This document shows, one piece after another, positions 17,810 to 27,668 of a DNA stretch of 64,000 nucleotides; position 1 is the first letter of the stretch, and each line of letters opens with the position of its first letter. The notes under the pieces are model-generated. The model had not been told where the DNA came from. It searched no databases and worked only from the letters and a program-made list of their open reading frames with translations. A program made the position numbers and the translations under genes. The stretch covers positions 57,736 through 121,735 of the forward strand of contig JBGAGQ010000011.1 of assembly GCA_044226625.1 (NCBI GenBank), read 5' to 3'. Origin of the DNA: Thermoanaerobaculia bacterium. GTDB taxonomy: Bacteria > Acidobacteriota > Thermoanaerobaculia > Multivoradales > UBA5704.

Positions 17810-20071
17810 ATGCGTCGATCGGTCGCGTTGGGTTTCGCCCTGCTCCTCGTCGTTCGCTTCGCCCACGCCGAGGGGGGAGATCCTCCCACCTTGCTGGGCT
17901 TTTCGACCGAGCGCTCGAACGCCGAGCGGGCGTTGGAGCAGCAGCTCGACCGATCGGTGAGCGCCGAGCAGATGAGGGAATGGTTGAAGCGGCTCTCGGC
18001 CCGCCCCCATCATCTCGGATCGCCGTACGGCCGGCAGAATGCCGAGTTCATCGCGGGGCTCTATCGCTCCTTCGGGTTCGACACGAAGATCGAAGAGTTC
18101 CGCGTCCTGTTCCCGACCCCCAAGCTGCGCAAGCTCGAGCTCCTCGCGCCCACCCCGTTCGCGGCGTCTCTTTCCGAACCGGCGATTCCCGGCGACTCCA
18201 CCTCGGGCCAAGCGGCGGAGATGCTGCCGACCTACAACGCCTATTCGGTCGACGGCGACGTGACGGGCGAGCTGGTCTACGTCAACTACGGCATCCCGGA
18301 GGACTATGACGAGCTGGAGCGTCGGGGCATCGACGTGATGGGGAAGATCGTCATCGCCCGCTACGGCCACTCCTGGCGCGGGATCAAGCCGAAGGTTGCG
18401 GCGGAGCACGGCGCGATCGGCTGCATCCTCTATTCCGATCCGGCCGACGACGGCTACGGCCAGGGCGACGTCTATCCCAAGGGCGGATGGCGGAGCGACC
18501 GGGCGGTTCAACGCGGCTCGGTCTCGGATGGCCCCCTTCGCTCCGGCGATCCGCTCACCCCGGGGATCGGCGCGACGGCGGATGCGCCGCGCATCGATCG
18601 CAAGGACGCCGTGACCCTCACGAAGATCCCCGTGCTGCCGATCTCCTATGCCGACGCCCTGCCGTTCCTGAAGGCGCTCGGCGGCCCGGTCGCCCCGGAG
18701 TCGTATCGCGGAGGTCTGCCGATCGCGTACCACCTCGGCCCGGGACCCGCCAAGGTCCACCTCGCGCTCGCGTTCAACTGGGACCTGGCCACGGTGCTCG
18801 ACGTGATCGCGACGCTCCCCGGCTCGGAGCTTCCCGACGAATGGGTGATCCGCGGCAACCACCACGACGCGTGGGTCCACGGCGCCACCGATCCGCTGTC
18901 CGGCCAGGTGGCGCTGCTCTCCGAAGCCAAGGCGATCGGCGCGCTCGCGCAGACTGGATGGCGGCCGCGGCGGACCATCGTCTACGCCTCGTGGGATGGC
19001 GAGGAGCCAGGCCTCCTGGGCTCCGTCGAATGGGCCGAAACGCACGCGGAAGAGCTTCAGAAGAAGGCGGTTGCCTATATCAACAGCGACAGCAACGCCC
19101 GCGGCTTTCTCGGCCTCGGCGGCTCGCATTCTCTGGAAGCGTTCTTAAACGACGTCGCGCGAGACGTCGTCGATCCGGAAAAAGGGGTGTCCGCCTTCGA
19201 GCGGGCTCGCGCCTACCAGAGCCTGAACGGCACCGCCGAGGAGAAGCGGGAGGCGCGCGACCGGTCGAACCTACGGATCGGCGCGCTCGGCTCGGGCTCG
19301 GACTACACGCCGTTTCTGCAGCATCTGGGCATCGCTTCAGTAGACGTCGGCTATGGCGGAGAGGACGAATACGGGCAGTACCACACGGCGTATGACAGCT
19401 TCGATCACTTCGTCCGGTTCGTCGATCCCGATTTGTCGTACGGGGTGGCGCTCGCCCAGACGGGCGGCCGCATGGTGTTGCGCCTGGCCCAAGCCGACGT
19501 GCTGCCCTTCGAGTTCACCGGCTTCGCGGAAAACGTCGCCCGGTACGCGCGACAGGTGCGCGAGCTGGCGGACGATTTGCGCACCGAGACCGAGGATCAG
19601 AACCGCCTGATTGCCGATGGCGCCTATGCCCACGTTTTCGATCCGCGCCATCCCTACGTCCTGCCCGAGGCGAAGGATCCCGTGCCGTTCCTGAATTTCG
19701 CGCCGCTGCAGAACGCGGTGGCCGCCGTGGAAAAGAGCGCCAAGGCCTTCAGCACCGCCGCCGCCCTGCGCGCCCGATCGGGGCGGCCATATGACGCCGC
19801 CGAGCTCCAGAACCTCGGCAAGCTCCTGATCGGCACCGAGCGGGCTCTCACCCGGCCCGAAGGCCTTCCCGGCCGACCCTGGTACGTCCACCAGATCTAC
19901 GCCCCGGGGTTCTACACCGGGTACGGCGTGAAGACCCTGCCGGGAATCCGGGAATCGATCGAGGGCCGCAAGTGGGACCAGGCCGCCCGCGAGATGGAAG
20001 TCGTGGCGCAGACCCTGCTCGGCTACGCCGCGCAGATCGATCGCGCCACGGCGGCTCTCGGAGGAAGGTAG
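17810..20071 (+). CDS. M28 family peptidase (glutamate carboxypeptidase II-like, PA and TfR dimerisation domains)
   Basis: Signal peptide; GNHHDAW, WDGEE, YINSD, GSGSDY, YHTAYD. Confidence 0.92.
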   Translation: MRRSVALGFALLLVVRFAHAEGGDPPTLLGFSTERSNAERALEQQLDRSVSAEQMREWLKRLSARPHHLGSPYGRQNAEFIAGLYRSFGFDTKIEEFRVLFPTPKLRKLELLAPTPFAASLSEPAIPGDSTSGQAAEMLPTYNAYSVDGDVTGELVYVNYGIPEDYDELERRGIDVMGKIVIARYGHSWRGIKPKVAAEHGAIGCILYSDPADDGYGQGDVYPKGGWRSDRAVQRGSVSDGPLRSGDPLTPGIGATADAPRIDRKDAVTLTKIPVLPISYADALPFLKALGGPVAPESYRGGLPIAYHLGPGPAKVHLALAFNWDLATVLDVIATLPGSELPDEWVIRGNHHDAWVHGATDPLSGQVALLSEAKAIGALAQTGWRPRRTIVYASWDGEEPGLLGSVEWAETHAEELQKKAVAYINSDSNARGFLGLGGSHSLEAFLNDVARDVVDPEKGVSAFERARAYQSLNGTAEEKREARDRSNLRIGALGSGSDYTPFLQHLGIASVDVGYGGEDEYGQYHTAYDSFDHFVRFVDPDLSYGVALAQTGGRMVLRLAQADVLPFEFTGFAENVARYARQVRELADDLRTETEDQNRLIADGAYAHVFDPRHPYVLPEAKDPVPFLNFAPLQNAVAAVEKSAKAFSTAAALRARSGRPYDAAELQNLGKLLIGTERALTRPEGLPGRPWYVHQIYAPGFYTGYGVKTLPGIRESIEGRKWDQAAREMEVVAQTLLGYAAQIDRATAALGGR

Positions 20072-20326
20072 CGGCGGCCGTCGCGCGCCGCCTCCTCGCT
20101 TACCCCATCATCGGCCGGCCCGGCATCCCGCCGGGACCGGCCGCCGCTTCACCTCGGGCGCCGGTTCTCCAGACCTTTCGCGGTCTCGGCGGTGTGGCTC
20201 GGCAAGCCGGCTCGTCTGTGCGGAATCAAGGGTTCGCACGTACAATCCACGTCCCATGTCGTCGTCGGGGCCTCTCCCCGCCGCCCTTTTGACCTGCTTT
20301 CGTTTTTTCGAGACTCCCGCCAACCC

Positions 20327-21415
20327 ATGAAACCCGTCGAGATTCACGAGTTCCTCGCCGAGCGCGTCATCGGCCAAGACGAGACCCTTCGGTTCGTGGC
20401 GGTCGCGATCTTCAAACACCTCGAGGGGGAGAAATACGGCAACCTCCTTCTGATCGGAAACTCCGGAACCGGCAAGACCACGATCATGCGCGGGATCGAG
20501 GCGCTCTACGCCGCGCACGACGAGTTTCGCGAATACCGGGTCGTCTTGATCATGAACGCGAGCACGATCGCGGCCGAAGACGGAGCGATCGACACGTCGC
20601 GCCTCTTCCACCGGTTGGAAGAGCGGACGCGCCAGGTGCTGGGCGCCGGCGCTACGGCCGAGGAGATCGGCCGGGCGATGGAGCGCGCGACGGTCTGCCT
20701 GGACGAGATCGACAAGGTCTCGGGCGTCGTCGGCGGCAAGCCGTACGTCACCGGCATCAACATCCAGCAGGCGCTGCTCACCCTGATCGAAGGCGAGAGG
20801 GTGAGCCACAAAATCACGGTGATGAAGGACAAGACGCCCGAGACGACCAACGTCTGGATCGACACGGGCAAGATGCTGTTCCTGTGCGCCGGCGCCTTCG
20901 AGACCCTGTACGACCAGGTGTTCCAGCGCGTGATCTCGCCGAAGAGCGGGATCAAGCTGCCGACGACGACGATCTACGAAAACGGCAAGATCCAGATCCG
21001 CGAGTACTTCACCCTGCGCCATCACTTCCGCCAGGAAGACCTGTTCGAGTACGGGATGCAGCCTCAGTTCCTCTCCCGCTTCGACAACGCGGTGATCCTC
21101 GAGGACCTGACGCCGGGTACCCTCGCGCGGATCTTCCGCGAGCCGGCCGAAGGGGTCCTCCAGGTGTCCCAGAACTTCTTCCGCAAGATGGGCATCGACC
21201 TCGAGGTGACCGGGCCGGCGATCCACAAGATCGCCGACGAGGCGTCGAAGAGCAGCCGCATCGGTGCCCGAGCGCTCAAGTCGGTCTTTGGGCGGGTGAT
21301 CAAGCCGTTCGAGTTCGATCCGTTCGGCCAACCGGAGGTCCAGCCGGAGGGAGAACGCCACCGGTTGGTGATCGACGAGAAGGTCGTCCAGTCGACTCTC
21401 AAGCCGGCGGTCTGA
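20327..21415 (+). CDS. ClpX/HslU-like AAA+ ATPase (atypical)
   Basis: ERVIGQD, Walker A GNSGTGKT, Walker B CLDEIDK, QQALLTLIEG, LFLCAGAF, GARALKS. Confidence 0.85.
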   Translation: MKPVEIHEFLAERVIGQDETLRFVAVAIFKHLEGEKYGNLLLIGNSGTGKTTIMRGIEALYAAHDEFREYRVVLIMNASTIAAEDGAIDTSRLFHRLEERTRQVLGAGATAEEIGRAMERATVCLDEIDKVSGVVGGKPYVTGINIQQALLTLIEGERVSHKITVMKDKTPETTNVWIDTGKMLFLCAGAFETLYDQVFQRVISPKSGIKLPTTTIYENGKIQIREYFTLRHHFRQEDLFEYGMQPQFLSRFDNAVILEDLTPGTLARIFREPAEGVLQVSQNFFRKMGIDLEVTGPAIHKIADEASKSSRIGARALKSVFGRVIKPFEFDPFGQPEVQPEGERHRLVIDEKVVQSTLKPAV

Positions 21416-21484
21416 GCTTCGATGTTCTGGATCGAGCCGCTTCGGCGAGATTCCGCGCGTTTCCTCTGAGATAGAATTTCGTCG

Positions 21485-22389
21485 ATGAGCCGGAAGAACG
21501 CCTATCGTCGTCGCCGCAAGCCCAGCCCGATCGTCGGGCTCGTCCTGCTGAGCGCCACCGCCGCGGCAACCGCGGCGCTCGTGCTCGCCTATCGGCGGGG
21601 TCACCTCGACGGGTTCCTCGACCTCGATCCGGAGCTCGATCCGGGACGCATCGGCGGGGAGCTCTTCTCGCCCACTCCGCGGCTCCAGGATCTCGCCCTC
21701 TGGCTGCCCGGACCGGCCGGCAACCTCTTCGTCCGGGACGGTGGGGCCGGCGGCTCCCACGACCTGCCGCTGTTGTTCGTCCATGGCCTCGGCGGCAACG
21801 GCGGCCAGTGGGTGCTCCAGCTCGACGCGTTCCGTTCGGAACGGCGGGCGATCGCCCTCGACCTTCGCGGCCACGGCGAGTCGGATCCGGCAAGCGACGG
21901 CGACTATTCGGTTGGCGCGCTCGCGAGCGACATCGCCGCGGTCGCCGACCAGCTCCACCTGCGCCGGTTCGTCCTGGTCGCCCACAGCCTCGGATCTCTG
22001 CCGGCGATCGCCTACGCCGCCGAGCACCCGGACCGCGTGGCGGCCCTCGTCCTGGTCGATCCCAACGGCGACCAAACGCGGCTCCCGGCGGCCGAGGTCG
22101 AATCCTTCCTGAGCGCCGTCCGCCGCGACCCCGTCGCCGAGACCCAGGCCTACTTCCGGCAGCTGGTGGTCGGCGGCGATCGCGAAGCCGCCGGCTGGAT
22201 TCTCGAAGATCTGGCGGAGACGGCGCCCCAGGCGATCGTCGGCGCGCTCGAAGGAGCCGCGGCCTTCTCCCCGATGGGCCCGCTCTCGGCCTACCCGGGA
22301 CCGAAGATCGCCCTGGTGAGCGAGCTCAACAGCTTGCCGATCAGCCTGCGCGCGCGCTCGACGAGCTGTTGGAAGCGATCGAGTCGTAA
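21485..22389 (+). pseudogene. Alpha/beta hydrolase with probable C-terminal deletion/frameshift
   Basis: FVHGLGG, DLRGHG, AHSLG nucleophile; similarity stops at ...SLPISL and the plausible terminal helix ALDELLEAIES* is in another frame. Confidence 0.6.
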
Positions 22390-22466
22390 ACGACTCGCCC
22401 GCGGCCACCCTCGCTTGGCCGCGAACCCGCCGCGCTGCCCGAGCGAGAGAATGCGATGATCCCCAC

Positions 22467-23585
22467 ATGGAGGGGTCGACTCGCGGAAGCTCTTGGCAAC
22501 CTCGTTACACCCTCACGGCGGGCGCCGTTCGGTCGCTCCTGAAAATCGAGGCCGCGAAGACGATCGTGGGAGGCACGCCGTTCCCGCCGTCGATCGCCGA
22601 GCAGCTGCGCAGGCGGGCCCGGGTAAGGTCCACCCACTATTCGACCCGCATCGAAGGGAATCGCCTGACCCTGGAGGAGGCCGAGCAAGCGCTATTCCGG
22701 CAGGCCGTCCCGTTTCATGGTCGGGAGCGAGACGTGACGGAGGTCCGAAACTATTGGACCGCCTTGCTCCGGACCGAGGAGTGGGCCGCGCGAAAGACCC
22801 CGCTCACCGAAGGCCTGATTCAACGTTTACATGCATTGGAGGAAAACGGTCCGCGGGCGCGGCCGACCCCGTGGCGGACCGGTCAGAACGTCATTCGCGA
22901 TTCCGAAACGGGGGCGATCGTCTACCTTCCTCCCGAAGCGAAGGACGTTCCGGATCTCATGGCGGCTCTGGTGCGGTGGGTGGAACGTGAGAGCGGCGAT
23001 TTGCCGGTTCCCCTGATCGCCGGCCTCGCTCATTACCAATTCGTCACGATCCACCCCTACTACGACGGCAACGGGCGCACGGCGCGGCTGTTGGCGACTT
23101 TTCTGCTTCACCGGGGCGGCTACGGCCTCCAAGGGTTCTTTTCGCTCGAGGAGTACCATGCCCGCGATTTGGCGGCCTATTACTCGTCGCTCGTCACCCA
23201 CCCTCACCACAACTACTACGAGGGGCGTGCCGAGGCAGACCTCACGCCGTGGCTCGAGTACTTTCTCGAGATCCTGGCGACCGTCTTCGGCAACGTCTCC
23301 GACGAGGCGTTGCGAGCGACAGAAGAAGACCGATCGACCGAACCGGAGGCGCTCCGGCGGCTGGATCCGAGAGCGAAGACTTTGCTGGCGCATTTCGCCC
23401 GCCACGATCGGTTGACCGCTCGCGACGCGGCTTCCGCTCTGGGCCTTTCGGAACGAACCACTCGCGACCTGCTGAGCCGTTGGGTGCGCGAGGGGTTCCT
23501 CGAGATCGCCGACCCTTCCCGCCGCGCCCGGTCGTATGCGTTATCGGCGGTTTATCGGCGGCTTATCGGCGGTTCTTCGACGTGA
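22467..23585 (+). CDS. Fic family protein with C-terminal HTH
   Basis: STRIEGN; Fic motif HPYYDGNGRTAR; C-terminal winged-helix-like segment. Confidence 0.93.
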   Translation: MEGSTRGSSWQPRYTLTAGAVRSLLKIEAAKTIVGGTPFPPSIAEQLRRRARVRSTHYSTRIEGNRLTLEEAEQALFRQAVPFHGRERDVTEVRNYWTALLRTEEWAARKTPLTEGLIQRLHALEENGPRARPTPWRTGQNVIRDSETGAIVYLPPEAKDVPDLMAALVRWVERESGDLPVPLIAGLAHYQFVTIHPYYDGNGRTARLLATFLLHRGGYGLQGFFSLEEYHARDLAAYYSSLVTHPHHNYYEGRAEADLTPWLEYFLEILATVFGNVSDEALRATEEDRSTEPEALRRLDPRAKTLLAHFARHDRLTARDAASALGLSERTTRDLLSRWVREGFLEIADPSRRARSYALSAVYRRLIGGSST

Positions 23586-23675
23586 CTAATACCGACGTTC
23601 CGGATCGGCGTCTCGATCCATGGCCGGGTGCGAGGCAGGTCTCGCGCTCGCCTTCTCGAGAAAGGACGCTACGCC

Positions 23676-23888
23676 ATGAAACGGAAACTCCGCCTCAACC
23701 GCGACACGATTCAATGCCTCACCCCGGCCGAGGCCTCCCAGGCCCAAGGCGCCGCCGCCGGTACCCGGGACGCGAGCTGCCTGATCGGCTCCTGCGCCTG
23801 CACCGTGAACTGCAGCCAGCGGACCTGCGTCGTCAGCTGCGCGGGTACCTGCTTCCAGATCTCCTGCGTCGCCGCCACCTGCTACTAG
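23676..23888 (+). CDS. Cys/Ser/Thr-rich RiPP precursor-like peptide (70 aa)
   Basis: AAAGGA RBS; leader MKRKLRLNRDTIQCL...AQG; core with 9 Cys and many Ser/Thr; hairpin terminator follows. Confidence 0.75.
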   Translation: MKRKLRLNRDTIQCLTPAEASQAQGAAAGTRDASCLIGSCACTVNCSQRTCVVSCAGTCFQISCVAATCY

Positions 23889-23898
23889 GGCCTGAGTT

Positions 23899-23930
23899 GC
23901 CCGCCCGCCTCCGGGCGGGCGGGGTTTCCG
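23899..23930 (+). terminator. Hairpin terminator after the peptide gene
   Basis: CCCGCCCGCC-TCC-GGGCGGGCGGG followed by GTTTCC. Confidence 0.55.
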
Positions 23931-23932
23931 AT

Positions 23933-24406
23933 TCAGGGGCGGACGAAGGTCGCCGACGCGGTGTAAGTCGCTGGCCCCGCGACGAAAGGCGAGTTGCCGG
24001 TACAGCCGCGTCGCAGGAACTTGAGGTTCTGCGACTCGATCCCGCGGCGCACTCCACTCAGGGTCGCGCCCACCGCGATCGGCTGGAGGTTGATCGTGCA
24101 GTCGTTGTTGTCGATTCCGCCGGCGCAGACTTGAACCATCAGCCCTTCGGCGTCGCTGCTCGCCATCAGGGTGACTTGGATCGTCCCGCCCGCGGAGACC
24201 GGGAAATCATGAGAATCGCTGGTGCAGCCGCCTGCCGCGAGCGTGGTCGTCGTGCCGGAGACCATCTGGGTCGTGGGAGCCGGCGGGGAGGTAGGAGAAC
24301 CTCCGCCTCCGCCCCCGCCACAGGCCCAGAGCCACGGCGTGCCGATCGCGAGCAACGCGGCGACCGGGCGGAACAAAACGAATCGTAGGGGAAATCGAGC
24401 GAACAT
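23933..24406 (-). CDS. Hypothetical lipoprotein
   Basis: LWAC lipobox, poly-Gly/Pro linker, small beta domain with 4 Cys. Confidence 0.65.
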   Translation of the reverse strand: MFARFPLRFVLFRPVAALLAIGTPWLWACGGGGGGGSPTSPPAPTTQMVSGTTTTLAAGGCTSDSHDFPVSAGGTIQVTLMASSDAEGLMVQVCAGGIDNNDCTINLQPIAVGATLSGVRRGIESQNLKFLRRGCTGNSPFVAGPATYTASATFVRP

Positions 24407-24645
24407 CGCGCCTCACCTCCGGTGAACGGCGGACCCTCTCAGTCTTTCCATCCGCTGGGTTCGAGAAAACCTGACCGAAGATAAGGGACGACCCCTCGGC
24501 CGCCACGCCGGCTGGGTCGAGAGCCCGCCTGCCGGGATGAAACGTCGGATTCGGAGGACGGCAGAAGGTCGGAGGTGGGCGGCGAAGGGCGAAAAAGAAC
24601 GGCCTCGATCGGATTCCGGATCGAGGCCCTGGCTCCGCTTCCCCG

Positions 24646-26076
24646 TTACTGCGCGTACAGCCGGATCACCTGCTCGATCGCCGCGCGGCAGGCGGCGCAG
24701 AAGCCGACCTCGTCGCGGGTGAACATGATGCAATCCTCCTGCGGCCGGTACATACCCGTCGCCTGGTAGTTCGCCCCTTCGAACGCGCCGACTTTGCCCG
24801 AGTGGACGTCCTTACCCAGAAGCTCGGTCTCGTGGGTCCGCTCCTCGCGGAAGAGGGCGTCCATCTCGGATTCGGGCCGGCGATCCGCGCGGATCTTCCT
24901 TCGGCGCGCCTGGACGTCCTTCTGGAACGCCTCGAACTCTTCTTTCTTCCAGGACGTTGGAACGGGGACCCCTGGCGTGAGCAGCGACTTCCACTTGATC
25001 GTCGCCGGATCGGGGTGGGCGGTGACGTTCTTTTCCCACGGCTCGACCACCTCGCCGTTGTCCGTGGCGACGTCCGAGGTGTAGTACTCGTCGGCCAGCC
25101 CGGCGAAATGGTGGCCGAACTCGTGGACGAACACGTAGGGTGCCCAGGCGCTGTCCGCGGCGACCGTGCCGTAGAGGCCGAAGATCCCGCCGCCTCCGTA
25201 GGTCTGGCCGTTCACCAGGATCTCGACGAAATCGTAGGGGGCGAACTGCGCCGCCTCCCGAAACGCGCGGTTGTCGAACGTCAGGACGTAGCGCTCCGAA
25301 CCGAACGCGTCGTAGGTGGACCCGATCGGATTCCTCCGATGGATGCCGGTCGACGGCCGGGAGATGCCGCTTTCCTGGGCCGGCGGGCAGAGACCCCAGA
25401 CGTTGAACTCGGCGCGATGGCTCTTGAACGGCTCCTGGGCGAACAGCGTTTCGATCAGGCGTCTGGCGTCGCGCTCGAATTTCTCCCTTTCGGCCGCCGT
25501 GTAGCCGTCGCCAAGGATCAGGAAATCGACCTTCTCGGCCGGATCGCCATGCCGTTCGAGCGCGAGCAACGGCGCCGGGGCTTTGGGCGTCGCGGTGTCG
25601 ACGAACATATCGGAGGGATCGACGACGAGGCTCCAGATCTCCCGGAAGTCGTTCCGCGCATCGCGCTTCTTCAAGCTGATGCGGACCGGATGCTCGGGCG
25701 CGGGGAAACGGAATGACTCGGAAAACGTGCCCCAACGTTCCTTGGCTTCGTCCGTCGTCTGCCACTCGCCGAAGATCGAGGCGAAGCCTCGCGAATAGAT
25801 CGCCCGATTCGTCTCGCGATCCACGACCTCGAAGAAGTAGAGACCGAGGTTCGTGTCGTCGAGCGACCGGGCCGGGTTACCCGCCCAGGGGAGAGGCTCG
25901 ACGACGACCCTCTCGACCGCGAACATCTCGGTCGTCGCGTTTCCGGTATGGAAGTAGTCGACGCGCAAAGTCCGCGGCGCGCCCGATCCCGACGGGGCGG
26001 CGGCCACCTGGGCCGGGAAGCAAAGCGCCGGACCCAAGGCCAGCGCGACGAGGGCGAAGCGTGCGATCTTGATCAA
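24646..26076 (-). CDS. Peptidase M64 (IgA peptidase-like), secreted
   Basis: Signal peptide; TLRVDYFHTGN, LGDGYT, YGGGG, VHEFGHHFAGLADEY, C-terminal CIM...FCAAC. Confidence 0.92.
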   Translation of the reverse strand: MIKIARFALVALALGPALCFPAQVAAAPSGSGAPRTLRVDYFHTGNATTEMFAVERVVVEPLPWAGNPARSLDDTNLGLYFFEVVDRETNRAIYSRGFASIFGEWQTTDEAKERWGTFSESFRFPAPEHPVRISLKKRDARNDFREIWSLVVDPSDMFVDTATPKAPAPLLALERHGDPAEKVDFLILGDGYTAAEREKFERDARRLIETLFAQEPFKSHRAEFNVWGLCPPAQESGISRPSTGIHRRNPIGSTYDAFGSERYVLTFDNRAFREAAQFAPYDFVEILVNGQTYGGGGIFGLYGTVAADSAWAPYVFVHEFGHHFAGLADEYYTSDVATDNGEVVEPWEKNVTAHPDPATIKWKSLLTPGVPVPTSWKKEEFEAFQKDVQARRRKIRADRRPESEMDALFREERTHETELLGKDVHSGKVGAFEGANYQATGMYRPQEDCIMFTRDEVGFCAACRAAIEQVIRLYAQ

Positions 26077-26176
26077 GAGAAGCCTCCCGGGACGCCTGTT
26101 CTACAAGGGATTCGAGCGGTTTGCCGACGGGCATGACGTTAGCATGGCCATGCCCTCGGACCGCCGGGAGGGACTC

Positions 26177-26692
26177 ATGTCCTATCTGATCGATGGCAGC
26201 AATTTGGGTGGCGTGGGAGGCGGGCGTGCCGGATCGCGCGACGCTCGCGCCGTCGTCGAATGGCTGCTTCCCTGGATCCGCGAGCGCGCGGGCCGGGGGC
26301 GCCTGATCGTCGTCTTCGACGGCTCTCCGCGTCCGGACGTGGCCCTTCGGTACGGCCCGATGGCCGTCGAGTTCGCCGCTCCACGCACGGCGGACGAGGC
26401 GATTTTGGCGCGGGTTCGATCGAGCCCGAAACGTTGGATCGTGGTCACCGACGACGGAGCCCTCGCCCGCGCCTGCCGCGATCTGGGAGCGACGACCCAG
26501 GCCGCCTCGACGCTGGTCCGGAGCGTTCTTTCCCCGTCCGGCGGCAAGCGGTCGAAGCGACCGGGGGCCGTACGGCCGGGCGACGAGAAACCGCATCCGA
26601 GCGGCAGCGATCAGGCGCATTGGAAAGCGGTGTTTGGAGGAGGAAGCGGAGGCGGAGGCGATTCGAGCGATCCCGAACGAGGATCGAAGTAG
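26177..26692 (+). CDS. NYN/YacP-like PIN-fold protein
   Basis: YLIDGSNL, VVFDG, TADEAI, VVTDD acidic motifs. Confidence 0.8.
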   Translation: MSYLIDGSNLGGVGGGRAGSRDARAVVEWLLPWIRERAGRGRLIVVFDGSPRPDVALRYGPMAVEFAAPRTADEAILARVRSSPKRWIVVTDDGALARACRDLGATTQAASTLVRSVLSPSGGKRSKRPGAVRPGDEKPHPSGSDQAHWKAVFGGGSGGGGDSSDPERGSK

Positions 26693-26737
26693 CGGCGGTC
26701 GCGGTAGGCGGGGCGGCGCAGATCGTAAACTCCCGCG

Positions 26738-27583
26738 GTGTCGACCCTTCGAGAGCTGATTTCCTGGGGGCGCTCCCGGCTTACGGCGGCGCCTTTCTCC
26801 CCGCCCCCGCGGGAAGCCGCTCTCTTGCTCGGCCGGGCGCTCGGCCTCTCCGAAGCGCAGGTCCTCGCCCGCGACGACCAGGACGCCGAATCGAAGGCCG
26901 AGGCGCTCTACCGCGAATGGATCGAACGCCGCGTTTCCGGCGAGCCGGTCGCCTATCTGCTCGGCGAGCGCGAGTTCTTCGGCCGCGTGTTCGAGGTGGA
27001 CCCGAGGGTGCTCATCCCCCGACCGGAGACGGAGCATCTGATCGAGCTGGCCCTGGGTCTCGCGCTTCCTTCTCGCCCGCGGATTCTGGACGTCGGCGTC
27101 GGCTCCGGAGCGATCGCGGTGACGCTCGCCTGCGAGATGCCGTCCGCCCGGTTGGTCGCGACCGACCTTTCCGTCGGCGCGCTCGAGGTGGCGCGGGGGA
27201 ACTCGCGACGGCTCGGCGCCTCGGATCGGCTGGCGCTGGTGCGAACCGATCTATGCGCCGGGATCGCTCTCGAGAAGGTCGACTTGTTGGTGAGCAACCC
27301 GCCGTACGTCGGTCGCCGGGAGATGGCCGAAATGTCACCCGAGGTTTGCAATTTCGAGCCCCACCTGGCACTCTTTCCGCCCGGCGGCGACGGGCTGGAA
27401 ACGATCTTCCGGCTGCTCGCGGCGGCCGGAGGATTACGCCCCGGCGTCCTGGCCCTTCTAGAAATCGGACAGGGCCAGATCGAGGCGATCGAATCCGGGG
27501 CGCGCGCGTTCGGTTTCGAGCTCGTCGAAGCGCGGGCCGACTATGCCGGCATTCCGCGCGTCGCGGTGCTCGCGCGGCGCTGA
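26738..27583 (+). CDS. prmC: Release factor glutamine methyltransferase
   Basis: GEPVAYLLG, VLIPRPETE, LDVGVGSG, SNPPY. Confidence 0.95.
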   Translation: MSTLRELISWGRSRLTAAPFSPPPREAALLLGRALGLSEAQVLARDDQDAESKAEALYREWIERRVSGEPVAYLLGEREFFGRVFEVDPRVLIPRPETEHLIELALGLALPSRPRILDVGVGSGAIAVTLACEMPSARLVATDLSVGALEVARGNSRRLGASDRLALVRTDLCAGIALEKVDLLVSNPPYVGRREMAEMSPEVCNFEPHLALFPPGGDGLETIFRLLAAAGGLRPGVLALLEIGQGQIEAIESGARAFGFELVEARADYAGIPRVAVLARR

Positions 27584-27668
27584 CCCCTCGGGCGCCGCGC
27601 TTGCAACGGCCGAGCGGCGAGCGCCGAAAAGGCACGGGGGACCGGAGCGGAGCGTCGGGGGAAAGAAC

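Noticed and set aside
24300-24325. Poly-Gly coding run as a contingency repeat
   Set aside because: Mixed codons; an ordinary lipoprotein linker.
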